A DNA stretch of 64,000 nt, from contig MU053493.1 of assembly GCA_013239625.1 (NCBI GenBank), forward strand, positions 1,869,793 to 1,933,792, written 5' to 3'. This document shows positions 39,840 through 52,895 of this stretch, one piece after another. The position numbers and the translations under genes are program-made. This stretch comes from Lama guanicoe (lineage: Eukaryota). Each line of letters opens with the position of its first letter. Position 1 is the first letter of the stretch. The notes below the pieces were generated by a model. That model was given only the letters and a program-made list of their open reading frames with translations, had not been told where the DNA came from and searched no databases.

Positions 39840-41650
39840 GTTCTCTCTACTAACATTTTATTTAGGAATTGTATATCGTTATTACTAAGGGAGATTGGTG
39901 TGTCGACTTCTTTTATTAAATAATCTTGATGTTTCCATCTTTTTCTATGCTCTAGAATAATTTAAGTAGCATTGAGACTATGCATTCTTTGAAGATTTGA
40001 TAGAACTCTCCTGTGATGTTATATACATTTGAAGATGTTTCTATTTGTTTCAGTGGAAATTGGTTTGTGTGTCTTTATGTGTCTACTGGGGTCAGTTTGG
40101 ATAATTATGTTTTCCTAGAAAAGTACCCTTTTAAAAATCCTGGTGCACATTTATTTGTACAGCAATGTAAAAAGTGGCTTCTAATGATTTTTTTAATGTG
40201 CTGTTTTATTGGTTATTTCCCTAGCATCATTTCTTATTTTGTGTCTTTGTGTGTTCTCTCTCTCTCATAATGAGGTTGGATAGTGGCTTGCCTACCTGGT
40301 TTTTTCGGTAAGAATCAGCATTTCATATGTTTGTTCTGTTGTTTTTCTCTGTTCTGATTTGTGAATTTTCTACTCTGATTTGTCACTCTGCTCTCACTAT
40401 GGTCATTTGGAAAAAGAAAAAATTTAATTGACATCTTTTATTATATGCTATTAGTTCGATGGCTCTAGATAGATAGGTAGTTACCACAAGTACTGGAGGA
40501 AAACACAGATAAATTCTTTTATAATCTGCAGGTGGGAAGAATTATGATTCAGAACCCAAAAGCAACATAAGAAAAGATTGACAAACTCATTTGCATTAGT
40601 TTAAAAAAAACTTTTGTAATAAAGGAGAAAACACCATAAGCAAAGTAAAAAAAAAATAAGAAACTAGGAAAAATTAATTGCAACATAAATCACAAATTTC
40701 ATTTCCCTAAAATATGAAGTTAATGAAAATGAAAAAGAAAAAGCCAAAAACCCAGTAGAAAATGGGTGAAAGATGTGAACAGATAATTTATAGAGAAATA
40801 AATGCAGATGGTCTTTTAAGTGTATGAAAAGATGTTCAACCTCTCATGGAAGAGAAACGTAAATTAAAATTTGAGTAGGGCTGTAGCTCAGTGGTAGAGT
40901 GTGTGCTTAGCACGTGTGAGGTCCTGGGTTCAATCCCAGGCCTTTAATAGGTCTTCCTTTATGTCTTTCAACAAAGTGGTAGGATTTTTCTGTAAAGGTC
41001 TTGTCTTTTTTATATTGGCTTGAGTCCTAGGTATATATTTTTGGCCACTGTCCAGGACGTGTCTCCCTGGAAATGACCTTTTGTGAGTGTTGAGGTCTGT
41101 GTGTTGATCTGCTGTCCAGCAGTCTTGCCGAGTTGTTTGTAGTCTTTCGGATTTTCTCTGTGGACAGCGCATCCCCTGCAAATAATGCCAGTAGGATTCC
41201 ATCCACTCCAATTCTCATCCTTTGATTTCTTTTGTTTTCTTCTCTCTGTAGTTAGGAGTGACAAGACAGTGTCTGGCAGAAGCAGTGATGCTGTGAATTC
41301 TTGTCTTGTTCCTTCCTGTGGGGGGCTAATGGTCTCCCATTCAGTACGGAGCTTGCTGTGGGCTTGTGCGAGATGCTCACTGCCTGTGAAGCATCCCCTC
41401 TGGCCCTCATTCGCTCCAAGTCCCCCTCCCTTTAGTTACAGCTGCTTGTTGAATGTTATGAAGTGGTTTTTCCACGTCAATTGAGGCATCTGTTAACGAG
41501 ATGACATGGGATTGTTGAATAGGGGTTCTAGTATTATGCCGACTTGACGTTCAGGGGATAAACCCACACTTCATCATGGTGTGTTGGCTTAGACGTGGCT
41601 GGGTTCACTTGGCTAGTGTTTTATTTGGGACTTTTGCATCTGTGTTTATA
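39840..41650. mobile_element. Mosaic of old L1M fragments (minus 39840-40400, plus 40480-40870, minus 40940-41650) with a SINE head at 40877-40939
   Basis: L1 ORF2-like text in both orientations; gtagctcagtggtagag...gggttcaatcccag. Confidence 0.7.
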
Positions 41651-42379
41651 AGTGAGTTTGGCTAGAGTTGACTTCTCTCATTCTTTCTTCCAGGGGAGTG
41701 GTAGGCTTGGGTGACGGGGTGGGCAGCGATGCAGCCGGAGGTGGGCCCAGCCCCACCTGCCAGTCTGGACACATGGACGGGCCCTTGGAGAGCAGGGGCA
41801 GACCGGGTTGGGGGAGGTTTGAGACAGACAGCAGGCAGGATACTCTGTGATGGAGGCCAGACGGATGGAGGACAGGGACTTGGACACAGCTCCCCAAGGT
41901 CGGTGGAACTCTTGTGGGTTTCCGGAACCTTCAGCATTGCTGCAGGTTGGCTTTTCCTGTTGGGCAGTTGTGGAGCAGAAAACCCTCCTGCAGGTGGCCT
42001 CCCCGCTGCCCAGCACTGCGCGGGTCCCAAGTGTGGCCTCCTTGGTGTGGACGCTGCTCTGTTGAGGCCTATGGGGGCCATGGGCAGCTGGGCAGCCATG
42101 TATCCCTGACATCACCCAGGTCACAGGGAGAGCCTGGACTTGGTGGTGTCCCCAGGCCAGTATGAGCAGATGGCATTCTCCCTGGTGCAGTCTCTTGGAC
42201 AGAGGCTCAGTTCAGGGTGAAGCGGACTTGGGGCCCTCTGACCCTGGAGGTGTGGCCCCAGCTGTGACTCTGAGCAAGTCACCTACCTCTGGATACTAGA
42301 TCTTCAGGTGTAAGACAGACAGACAGAGAAGTCCAAAATTGATTTTGCTGATCCTTCTTTGGGTCTTTGTATCAGTCAC

Positions 42380-42525
42380 TGAAAGAAAGAAAGGAAGGAA
42401 GAAAGAGAGAGAGAAGGGAAGGAAGGAAGGAAGGAAAAGAAAGAGGGAGGAACGGAGGGAGGGAAGGGAGGAAGGATGGACAGAGAGAGGGGAGGGGGGA
42501 GGGAGAGGGGGGAGGGGAGGAGCAA
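42380..42525 (+). repeat. Purine-rich (GGAA/GGGA/GA)n simple repeat
   Basis: Nearly pure A/G tract. Confidence 0.9.
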
Positions 42526-45500
42526 GCCAACACAATGGTAGCTGGCTGGTCACCAGATCAGTGCCTACTTATGAGGCTAAATAAGAGAACATTTCAACTG
42601 TACTTCAATTTTTAAAAAGTCAAATAAAAAAAAGAGAGAGAGAGTACATTTCTGTCAGGAAGCTGCCTGGAGCTTTTCTGTAAGCACTCATACGTGAACC
42701 AGGGTCAAAGCTGTCTTTCGGAGAGCTGGAGGTGGTGCAGAAATGTTGGCTATAAATTGTGCCTTTTCGCCTACATGGTTGGTAGACTCCCAATTGACCA
42801 TTTAGGCTTGTCCTGTTGATTTTGGAGAAGTAAGTAAAGATTTGCTTGAGTTCAATCTAATTTCTGCTTGATTTTGATCGTGTAAGGCTTGAATGGTAGA
42901 CCTGCCTCCATGCTTGTAAAGGGTTAAGGATTTTGTGTAAACCACAGCGAGCACAGCCCAGTATTTTGACCCAAGGCAGGACTCAATGCAACATAACTGA
43001 GCTTTCATTCTGTTGCTCACTGGTCTGGCAAAGTCCTGTTACCTCCCTGGGCCTCAGTTTCCTCACTTATGAAGACACTTGAGGTAACAGAAAACCCATC
43101 CCACAGTGACCTAAACTTTTCTTGTGTAAGTGAACAGTCCCGGTGGATGGTTTCAGGCCAGGCTTGATCTAGTAGCTCGACCTTGCTATCATGGGTTCAG
43201 TTTCCTTCTGTCAGCCTTCTCTTCTATTATGTCAGCTTCATCCTAAGACCACTTTAGTAAGAATATTCCGACTGTGTATATTTCTGCTTTGGCAATACAG
43301 GATTTATATTTGGTCCTCAGAGTACCCATGTCTTATTTAAAGTCTAGTCATGGGAAAATAAATGGATAAAGATGAACCCAAACAAAACAAAAGAAAACAA
43401 AACAGCAGCTTATCATGATAAAGCCAGACTGGAAAGAGGCCTTTGACAGCCAGGACCACCTCAAGGACACACTGATGATGTATTTAGAGCTGCTTCCTGG
43501 GAGCATCGCATGCTTGCCTGAGGGGCTGGCACCCAGCCTGCTCTGTAGACTCGGGGTTAGAGACCTCAGTTATTGCCCGGCTTCAGTGATGACTCCAGGT
43601 TGTAGTCATCTCTGTGTGAAAACGAAAACGATCATGAAATACATCAGGCAGCCTTGCACATGGGTGAAGGTCCTGGCACATACAAGGTCACAGATGTATC
43701 AGGGTTGGAGGGGCCTTTGGTGAAACTGAAAGTCATTTTATGTTGCCTGCCCACGTCCCTGCTTTGCAAGCCGGCTGTGGGATTCCCTGGAGAGAAGACC
43801 CTGCAGAGACAGCACTGTCCCCTTTCGCTGGGCTTGGATTACCGTCAGAAGCCAGAGGTCTGGCTGGTGTTAACACTTCTGCAAACAATTTTGACCCTGC
43901 CACCATCTCCCTGTGTGTGTTCTGGCCCTGTGTGGGGAGGGGTATGCAGGTGACACTTGCCTGAGCAGAGCCCTGTCTTGAAAGTGAAATTCATTTCCTT
44001 GCCTTTATTTTCCAGATGAGAGGCTGGGTCTTGGTGGCACACGTGTGGGGAGTGATGGTTTTAGTGCTGACATGAGTCACGCTGCCAGGGTCCTGTGCTA
44101 AGATGCACTTTGCGGGGGCCTCATATGGCATTTTTCTTTCTTTTCAGTTTTTGTCAATACGTTATTTTCTACAGTCTCTTCTAGGATACTTTAAAAAAAA
44201 AACAACAACCCAAACTCGACTTTGACTTTTCTCCTAGCGGCTGAGGTGGGATGTGGAAGCCCCCAGGTTATGTGGTCCATTGACTAGGTGGCCTCCAGGA
44301 GGGGTGTCATCTTGGACCCCCCCCAATAGCAGCATGTGAGGGATCCACCACGTCACTCCCAGGATGGGCTAGAGGGTCCTGGTCTGCAGACAGCTCTGCT
44401 CAGCTGAGCCCTTTCACCCACCAGGTGGAGGTGCCTCCCCACCAATGACTCCCAAGACAGAATCCTGTCTTCTCCTGGACACTCATGATTTGGGAGGGCA
44501 TGGGTCCAGGGGATGTGTGGGAAAAGATTTCAGAGTGGTTTAATGGGACTTTGTGACCCAAACCACCCAGGCCACTCATTGGCCCCCCACCAGTGGGCCA
44601 GGGTCCTGCTGAGGTATAAGTGGTGCTGGGAGACCCTTGACCTGCCTGCCGTGAGAACTCGCCTCCCTCTGGACTAATGAACTTTCTCTCTGAAAATGCA
44701 GCATCCCAGGAGGGCATCTGGACCCTCCTGGGTAAGCTCCCAGTGACTGGGGTTTGGCTGCTGGGGGTATGTAGGGGACAAGCTAGGGGATCCTGGAATC
44801 GGGGAGAAGAACCCTTGCTTTGTGCCAGGTGCCATCATTAGGGACCTGGGTCTGAGGTCCCCCCAGCTGAGGGGCTCACAGAGGGTGGCAAAAGGCACTT
44901 CTGGGGGCAATGAGTGCTCGGGTTGGGGTGGCTGCAGGGCAGCAGGGCTCGGCTGACTTTCTAACAAGAGATACATGAATTTCCCTTAGTACCTGCTGGC
45001 GCCGCAGTGAAGCCACATGGGCGATCCCATGATACCAGTTTACAGAAGGTTACTATTGTCCCCATTTCACAGCTAAGGAAACGTCATAGGTCACAGAGCT
45101 ACTGAGTCCAGAGCCAGAATGCTCCCTCAGGCCCCCGACTTGGCCCCTCAGCCTCGATTTTCTCCAAGGAGGAAAGTCGACCATTATCCTGAAAGCTGTG
45201 AAGGGCCTGAGGGAGCTCCAGGTCCTGCGAGTCTTCTCTGTTTCTGATGCAGAACCTGAGGTTCCGGGTGATGGGGGATGGTTGTAGCCACAGCTCATAG
45301 GCACGGAGGTGGGATTGAAGTCAGATCTTGGACTGAGACACCCCATTACCTCACTGCCTTCCCCCCATCTCTGGTGCCATCCAACTCTGTGCCCAGATAG
45401 CTCCATAGCAGGGCTGCCTGCCGCCCCAGCTCTCCACAGGGATGAGCTCGAGATGGCCACAGCATGGAAGTCTGGGGACATCACACCCTTTGAGCTTGCG

Positions 45501-45539
45501 TCTGAACTGGGTCCTGGCTGGCTGAAGAGAGATGTTTTA

Positions 45540-46340
45540 AACCATCACAATTCCCAGTGCAGCTAGAGCCCTTCCCTGACTGCATCTCCTTGTCCCCCCC
45601 CACAGAAGTAACTATTGTCCGAGTGTGATGTTTAAACTTCCTACATTTGTAAGCATACCTCTGTCTATTATTTTTGCCCATCTTTACTCATGCTGTAAAT
45701 GATACCAAATTGTGTGCTTTTTCTGTAGCTTGCCTTCTATTTGCTTCACCTTGTGTCTGTGAGATTCAGCCCTGTGAAAATGTGCAGCTGTAGTTCATAC
45801 TTTTTCACTGCTGTGTGACGTGACGTTTCCTCATAGGAACGTGCTGGTGTCTGTTCTCCATTGGCGGATGCTTAGATGGTTTCCGGTTTCTTGCTGTTAC
45901 AGACGAGGCTGTTAGGAATACTCAGTGTATCTCTGTGTGACCACAAGCCACATTTGTCTGGGATATTTAGCCAAGATTGGAATTGTGACAGGCGAGAGTG
46001 CAAGCATCTTCAAGTTTCCTAAAAGCAGCTCACTTGTTTTCCAAAGTGGGTCTCCTGATGGGCAGTCCCCCTTCTCCGCTTCCTTGACAACACTTGGTCT
46101 TGTCAGATGTTTTTAGTTTTTGTCCATCTGGTGGGGAAAGTGGAATCTATCAGGGGTCTTCATTTGCATTTCTCTGCCTGCCAGTGAGGTTGAATATCTT
46201 TTCATATGTCTATATGAAACTTATATATATATTTATTTCACACATTTAATATTCTGTGAGTTCGTGGTTCATACCCTTTGCTCATTTTTTGGTTTTCTTA
46301 TCGATTTCTTAATGCGCCTTCATTTGGTTTATGTATGATA
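45540..46340 (-). mobile_element. Old L1ME-like 3' fragment
   Basis: gaagtaactattgtccgag...aacacttggtcttgtcaga...catttgcatttctctg. Confidence 0.65.
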
Positions 46341-47148
46341 AATGTCTTTCTCCATTTCTTCCTACCAACATAATGTAGAAGGTAAGAGCGTGGACTCTGG
46401 GGCCAACTGGCAGAATTACATCCCAGCCCTAGCTGCTATGTGTGTGGTGATTTATGTTTCAATGTATTGGAAACTTTCCATTTTATTCAAGAAATCGGTT
46501 CCATGTTAAAAGCCTTGATTAGAGAGAGTTTTTATTTTTAAAAAAAACAAACTCCCTGCATGGCCCTGATACCTTTTCTGTGCCTCAGTTTGGGCATCTG
46601 TAAAATGGGTGTGATGGGCATCATCACCCCCTCACAGTGGTGCTGGGAGGATGCATCACCTCTGGGTCATGATAGGCACAGGACGGACTAAGTAAACCGT
46701 GTTGCGCTGGCCCTGCATGGTCCCATCAGACCACAGGCGTGCTCTCCCTAGCGCCGTGTCCTCGTTTGATGAGATTGGCAGACAGTTGTCTCTGGCTCCC
46801 AGCCACCTGGATGACCCTCCCTTCAGCATCCCCGAGCTGCCTGAATAGAAAACGAAGTCCCAGGAGACGATGAGGGGATTGGAAGGCAGCAGCCTCCATG
46901 CAACAAAAATAAACACCTCGCTTGCTAAGGGGAGAGTCCTAACGAGGAGAAGCAGGCAAAGCCGGGTGCCGAGGGTTGGTCTCACCCTGCGCTTCACTCC
47001 TAAGGGTCTGTCTGTGCAGACCCCCTTGCTGACCCTCCTTTTCCCTCGCCCTGGCCTGAAGCTCCACTTCTTTATACATCATGGTTGCGCTCTTCTCTTG
47101 TTCTCCAAAGCCAGGCAAGAAGTCCAAAACACAAGATGGCTTAACATC

Positions 47149-47240
47149 AGGGGAGGATGTAGCTCAGTGGTAGAGTGGATACTTAGCATGCACGAGGTCC
47201 TAGGTTCACTCCTCAGTATCTCAATTAAAAAAAATTTTTA
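47149..47240 (+). mobile_element. tRNA-derived SINE (Vic-1-like, short)
   Basis: gggaggatgtagctcagtggtagagtggatacttagcatgcacgaggtcctaggttca. Confidence 0.85.
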
Positions 47241-47836
47241 AAGATGATTTAGTTTTGAGAATCACTGGAGAAATACGTCAGTGTCGCAGTGTCAACACCC
47301 TGCCACCAAGAGCACAGGGAGCTGGGCTTCTGTCCCCGAAACACGGTCTGCTGCTCAAGAACAAGTTTATCCAGGATGGAGGTCCATCTGGGTCAGAACA
47401 CCTTTAGTTGACTGAACCTCAACGTTAATAAATTAGCTCAATACTGCAGTCAGGAGTTCTTGGGTTTACTGAGTAGAACCTCAGAGTTTACAGAAAAGCA
47501 AACACAGAAAAAAATTAGGTAAAGTTGCTGAATATTAGAACCAGTTTGGGTTTATAGCAAATTTCTGGGCTTTGAAACAGATGAACTATACCACCTCTCT
47601 GCTGTAAACTCTGCCTTTGGGGGGCCTCTTGGGCCCCACAGAAGGAAAACAGAGAGACCCCTTGGGCAGAACGGTCCCTACTCAGTAAACTGATCGCATA
47701 TGAAGAGTCTCTGTATGGGAATCCGGGGCAGGAAGTGAGGAATCTGGTAGCAAATGTTACACATCCCCTGTGGCCCCTCACTTCCAGACTTGGAAAGATG
47801 AACTTCCAAGAATGGAAGGGTTTTTTTGTGTGTGTG

Positions 47837-47950
47837 GGGGGGGGAGGGTGTAGCTCAGTGGTAGAGTGCCTGCTTAGCATGCACGAGGTCCTGGGTTCAA
47901 TCCCCAGTACCTCCATTTGAAAAATAAATAAACCTAATTATCCTCCAAAA
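47837..47950 (+). mobile_element. tRNA-derived SINE (Vic-1-like), well preserved
   Basis: gggagggtgtagctcagtggtagagtgcctgcttagcatgcacgaggtcctgggttcaatccccagtacctcc plus aaataaataaacctaatta. Confidence 0.95.
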
Positions 47951-50534
47951 AGAATAGAGGTTTTGGACCATTTTAACAGTAGCAATTTATGTGTTATTCT
48001 TAATTAAATATTTGCAGATCATGTTTAGAAGCCACCTTCTCAGTCAAAACAGTTGTTTTTGAAACTTGGGAGAGGAAGTGCAAGTCCAGTTTTTTCCCCA
48101 AACAGTTGCACAAATGAGAATCTTAAGGTTTGAGCTTTTTCTTGGCTAAAGATCCAGCTTCTTGCCCACAAGGAGAAGAAGAATCCAGGCTGGTGTCTAT
48201 AAACAGAGTTACTAGCATGTGGAGACTTGACCTTGAAGCTAGCTTGGGGGCTCAGTTGTTTCAAATTTAAGCTTTTGACTTGTAAGCAGCCCTCAAGCTG
48301 GGGCATCCCAACTGGATCATCACTGTCCCCCAGCCCTCAGCCCTCAGCCCTCGTCCCCATAACGTGGGCTGTGTCTTCTCTGTCCATCTGGCTCTGGGGA
48401 CCAGGAGCTCCCCTCTGAGGTCAGCCTCTGTTTCCCCACGGTGACTGGTCTATGGTCGGTTCTTGGCATGGTGTCCTGGGGCCCCAGTTCTCTCTCTGCT
48501 GTGTGATGACCCTGCTTTGCCCGTCTGTCCCTTAGGAAGCAGCAGACCTCCTGCCCCTACCCCTGTGCCACAATAAACAACATATATCCCAACCTGGGGG
48601 AGCATTCACCGCCCCCCCCAATTCCATCCTGGGATTCCAGCCACACCCGAGGGCACATCTCACTGCATCCCACCTTGGGCAGCTTGGCTGAGTGGCGGGG
48701 CCAGGTCCCAGGAAGCCACCTTGAGCAGCAGCTTACCTGCCAGAGGTTGACCTCTGCCAACTGACCATCGCCTCCTTGAGGCAGCCCAGCGTAGGTAAGC
48801 CCCGAGACCACCTGGGCAAATGTGAACTCCCATTCCAAGCTTTCCTTCATGCAAAGGTGCTGAGAGTCCCACAAAGACCTGACTTTCAGTGCTGGCTGCA
48901 GCCACCAGCCTGGTACCAGGAGGAGCCACACATGAGCTGGCGGTGCTATGTTGATGGTCTGCCTTCAATGCATCTTTGTAAGGTGCTCATCAAATTCCAC
49001 TTGTTCGACATCACAGCATCCCAGACATCCCCACACCTGTGTGCCCAGGGCCCAGCCCCTTACAAAGCACAGGTTTTCCCATTTGACTCGAGGAAATGCA
49101 ACCAGATTTCTCAGATCACCTGGAAGAAAAAATTCGATTTCAGACAGTGGGTTGGTGATTCTGCTGCGCTGGCCTCCGGGAGATCAGTCTATCCATCTCC
49201 GTGCAGACTTCCCGCCTCTGCCCTGGACGTGTGACCTCCAGCCCCTGCCCCTTATTCCCAGGTGCCCTCCCAGGTCTTAGAGTCCATGAAGCCTGAACTT
49301 TGCAGGAAAGGGCTTATGAAGATTGGTTCTGATGCCCACTGCCACCAGCCCGGCTCCTGCCTGTGCTCCAGTGCCAGAATCTCCCGATCTAGGTGAGGGT
49401 TCCCATGTGTTGGCCTGTCACTGGCCGTGGCCCTTCTCCCGGCCTCAGTGGCTTCCGCTCTACGGCCCCTTCCCCAACCACCAGGTCTGCCGCTGGGCCC
49501 TGAGGGTCTTTCTGGATCTGGGGCCCCCCCACCGATTCCCTGGCCAGAATTTCAAAGGCAGCTGACCCCCTTCTTCAGCAAATTGATGAACCATCCACTC
49601 AAAGTGCGATTTAGAATATCTGTTTACCTCCCGAGCATCTGGAAACATGGCATTTCAAAGGCTCTGTTTGAGCCGAGATCCAATTTACTGCCAGAAACGT
49701 GCGTGGAAATTAACGGAGACCCTCCGACAGCAGTGGAAGTGGTGTCCTGTGAAAAAATTAATCCCGAAACCCAGTGCCGACTCCCCAGCAACTGAACTCA
49801 TAAGGGAACCGAACCTCTTGAAGTCAGGCAGCGGAAGGGCTTTCTGCTGGAAGTGTTTTCCCTGTGCCTGAATCCTGCTGTGGCTCCAGCGCTGGGGCAA
49901 GGTCCTGTCTTCCCCTCCAGGTGGATTCCTGGGGCTGGGGGCTCTGGACCCTGGAGAAGCCCGGCGTCAGCACATGGACAGAAAGTGCCTCTGCAGAACC
50001 TTCTGGGCTCCTATGACTCTGTATTTCCTGTTCCACCAGGGAAGTTGGGCTACTGGATGATACCCTAAAATAAGACCAATCTGTGAAGTGGGCCACTACG
50101 TTGGAAAGTGGAGTGTTTTAGCATCGTGGGGGGACCTGTGTGCTGCATTTCCAGCTGGAGGTTGAGCAGGATGAGGGGGTTATTGCAGGCATGCTTGTCA
50201 ATCCCTGGAAGAGCCGGCTCTTGGATTTCCCTCCAGTCACAAAGGACTGAGAGGGTCCCTCCTGCATCCAGAGTGGGTCGGAAGGGAACGAGGACACGTG
50301 TGTGGCACAAGAAGGAATGCGCTGGGCCATCCACTGCTGGGGAGAGCCTGAATGTTCCACTCTGTGTTTGAATCTCTGGGTTCATCCTGGCTCCTGAACC
50401 GGCATGGGCCGCCCGGGGGTGCCTGGCCAGGTGGTGGGTGGACATGGAGTCAAGGAGGCGACAGCTGACCCCCACGGTCTTCCTGGATCTCCACACTTGT
50501 GACTTTGTTGAACTTGTCTTTAAGATGAACTGTG

Positions 50535-50820
50535 GTGGGGGGTGGAGATAAATTAGGAATTTGGGATTAGCAGATGCTAACTACTGTATATAAAATAGAT
50601 AAACAACGAAGTCCTACTGTACAGCACAGGGAGCTATATTCAATACCCTGTAATAGCCTATAATGAAAAAGAATGTGAAAAAATGTGTGTGTATTTCTAT
50701 GACAATCTAAAGGGGATGGAGAAAGCTTAAAAAAAAGAATCACTGTGCTGTACATCAGAAACTAACACGACATTGTAAGTCAACTATACTTCAATTGAAA
50801 AAAAAGAAAAGGAAAAAAAT
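50535..50820 (+). mobile_element. L1 3' end fragment
   Basis: ggagataaattaggaatttgggattagcagatg...gtcaactatacttcaattgaaaaaa. Confidence 0.85.
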
Positions 50821-51466
50821 AGGATGAACCCTCTGTCTGGACGAAGGTCATCAAAGGAACACAAGCCCACTGTAGCCAGTGCCAGCCCGAGGCCCTGGGA
50901 GGGCGGGAGAGTGCCTCTCTGCAGGGAAGAACAAATTCATATTTTTCTTTAGAGAAAATGAAAAGCGGTGCTGGGTCCAAGCAGTAGGTGACCTTGCTGT
51001 TGAGTTGAAATACTGCTGGGGAAATGAGAGAAGATGCACATGAAAAGAATGCTAATGAATGGGGATGGTGGACGGGAGCCCAGGGCCCTGAGTCCCTGCC
51101 ATCCACAAGGGGTGCCTATAAATAGACACTTAAAAACCGATTCTAAATGGAGTTGAGATGCGGGCCGTTTCCACTTCTGGAAGAGTGTTATGTAAGGGGC
51201 TGGGGGCCCGCTGTCATCCCAGACTGCTTTGATGATTCCCTGCCTTTGTTGGGAGCCCGCGTGGAGCCAGTGGGAGTGCTCCGGCTACAGGGCGATGAGA
51301 CTGTCCTTTCAAGAGACTTGCAGACCGAGGGCAACAGAGGGAGAATGGTGGCTGCCTCCTCCGAGTGTGGCTGGTCCTGGAGATGCTGGACTTCTGGGTG
51401 GATGGGCTCCTCCACAGGCCCATGGTGTTCGGGGCGGGGGTGGCTGGGGGCCCAGGATGGGAGGGG

Positions 51467-52117
51467 TGATACAGGAAAATGTGGGGCAAGAGGATGGCCA
51501 TATCCCAGGTCTCAGTTGAGTCTTGGGATGCACCCTGCCAAGTGTGGATTCTTGGCTTCACACAGGAAAGAATTCAAGAGCGAGCCACAGTTAAGTAAAA
51601 GTAGATTTATTCAGAGAGGTATATACTCCATAGACAGAGTGCAGGCTGTCTCAGAAGGCGAGAGAAACGCCACGAGGTGTGGGGGTTGGGTGTTTAGTTT
51701 AAAGCAAAAGTAGACACACTCCATAGACAGAGTGCTGGTCATCTCACTCAGAGGGGAGAGCGGCCACGAGGTGCGATATTGTTAGTTTTTATGCGCTCGG
51801 TAACTTCATATTCTAACAAGTGGGAGGATTATTCTAACTACTTTGGGGAAGGGGCTGGGATTCCCAGGAATTGGGCTGCCACCCACTTTTTAACCATGTA
51901 TGATCAGCCTGGGAGCTGTCATGGCGCCTGTGTGTGTGCCATTTACCATGTTAATATTACAGTGAACATATAATGAAGCATAAGGTCTATTGGAAGTCAA
52001 ATCTTCTGCCATCTTGGGCCTTAAGGTCTACTGGGAGTTGAATTCTCTGCCGTCTTGGTGCTAATGGCTGTGTCATTCCTTGAATGGCTGTGCCCTGCCC
52101 CCTTCCCTCCTGTCTCA
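51467..52117 (-). mobile_element. ERV1 solo LTR (MER41-like)
   Basis: TG...CA termini (tgatacaggaaa...cctgtctca), TSD AGGGG at 51462-51466 and 52118-52122, ttcttggcttcacacaggaaagaattcaagagcgag, poly(A) signal tttatt. Confidence 0.8.
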
Positions 52118-52895
52118 AGGGGAGGGATGTGTGTGGAGAACTCCAACCTGTCTGGGCTGGGAGACTGAGGCTTCTGGCCCCTTCCCTCCATCCTCCTTGG
52201 TCACGACTGGCCAGACCTGGGGTGGGGGATGCTCAGGTTGACAGAGACCTTCCGGGCTGAACTGCTTGAGGTCACAGAGCAAGCATGTGACAGGGCGAGG
52301 AATTGAGGCCCCAGCTCATGGCTCCCAGGGAAGGGTCCTTGCTGCTGGACGTGACATTTAGGACACGCACTAGCCTGCAAATCACTTCTCTGGGGAGCCA
52401 GTCGCTCAGATGGTGGGGTTTGGAGGCAGGAAGGACATGGCCCCAGCTGGTGTTCGAGAGGTTTTTGTGGGATTTCACCTTCCCACCCTCCTTTAAGGCC
52501 GTTGCACATTTTACACGTGGTGATGTGGAGGTCGATGCTGGGAAGGGATGTGAAAGGCAGCAGAAGCAGCTACCCTGGGACGGAAATGGAACAGCTCTGC
52601 CAACCTCAGGTCCTCCTGAGTAGAGGCGAGCAGGTGACGCTGTGTGGGCTGCTCAAAACGGATGCATCTTCAACCTTCCTGGGGACAGACCATCATTGTC
52701 CTTTGTCTGATCCGGAGGCATCTGCACTGTGCCTGTTTTGCGTGGCCCCCAAACTCCCAAATTAAAACCCACTGCTAGCAACGTCTGTCCAGGGGGATGA
52801 GAGCCACTGTCGGGCTTCCTTAGGAAAGTGACAACACGGAGTCCAGGGTGGACCTTTGTGACCAGGTAGAAGCTTATCTGCTGGTGCCAATTGGT

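Noticed and set aside
47845..47915. Apparent tRNA-Ala-like gene (also at the other SINE copies)
   Set aside because: Followed by the SINE-specific AT-rich tail and present in many diverged copies, so a SINE head rather than a functional tRNA
51147..51713. 188-aa + strand ORF
   Set aside because: Runs from GC-rich flank into the LTR; no recognisable protein features
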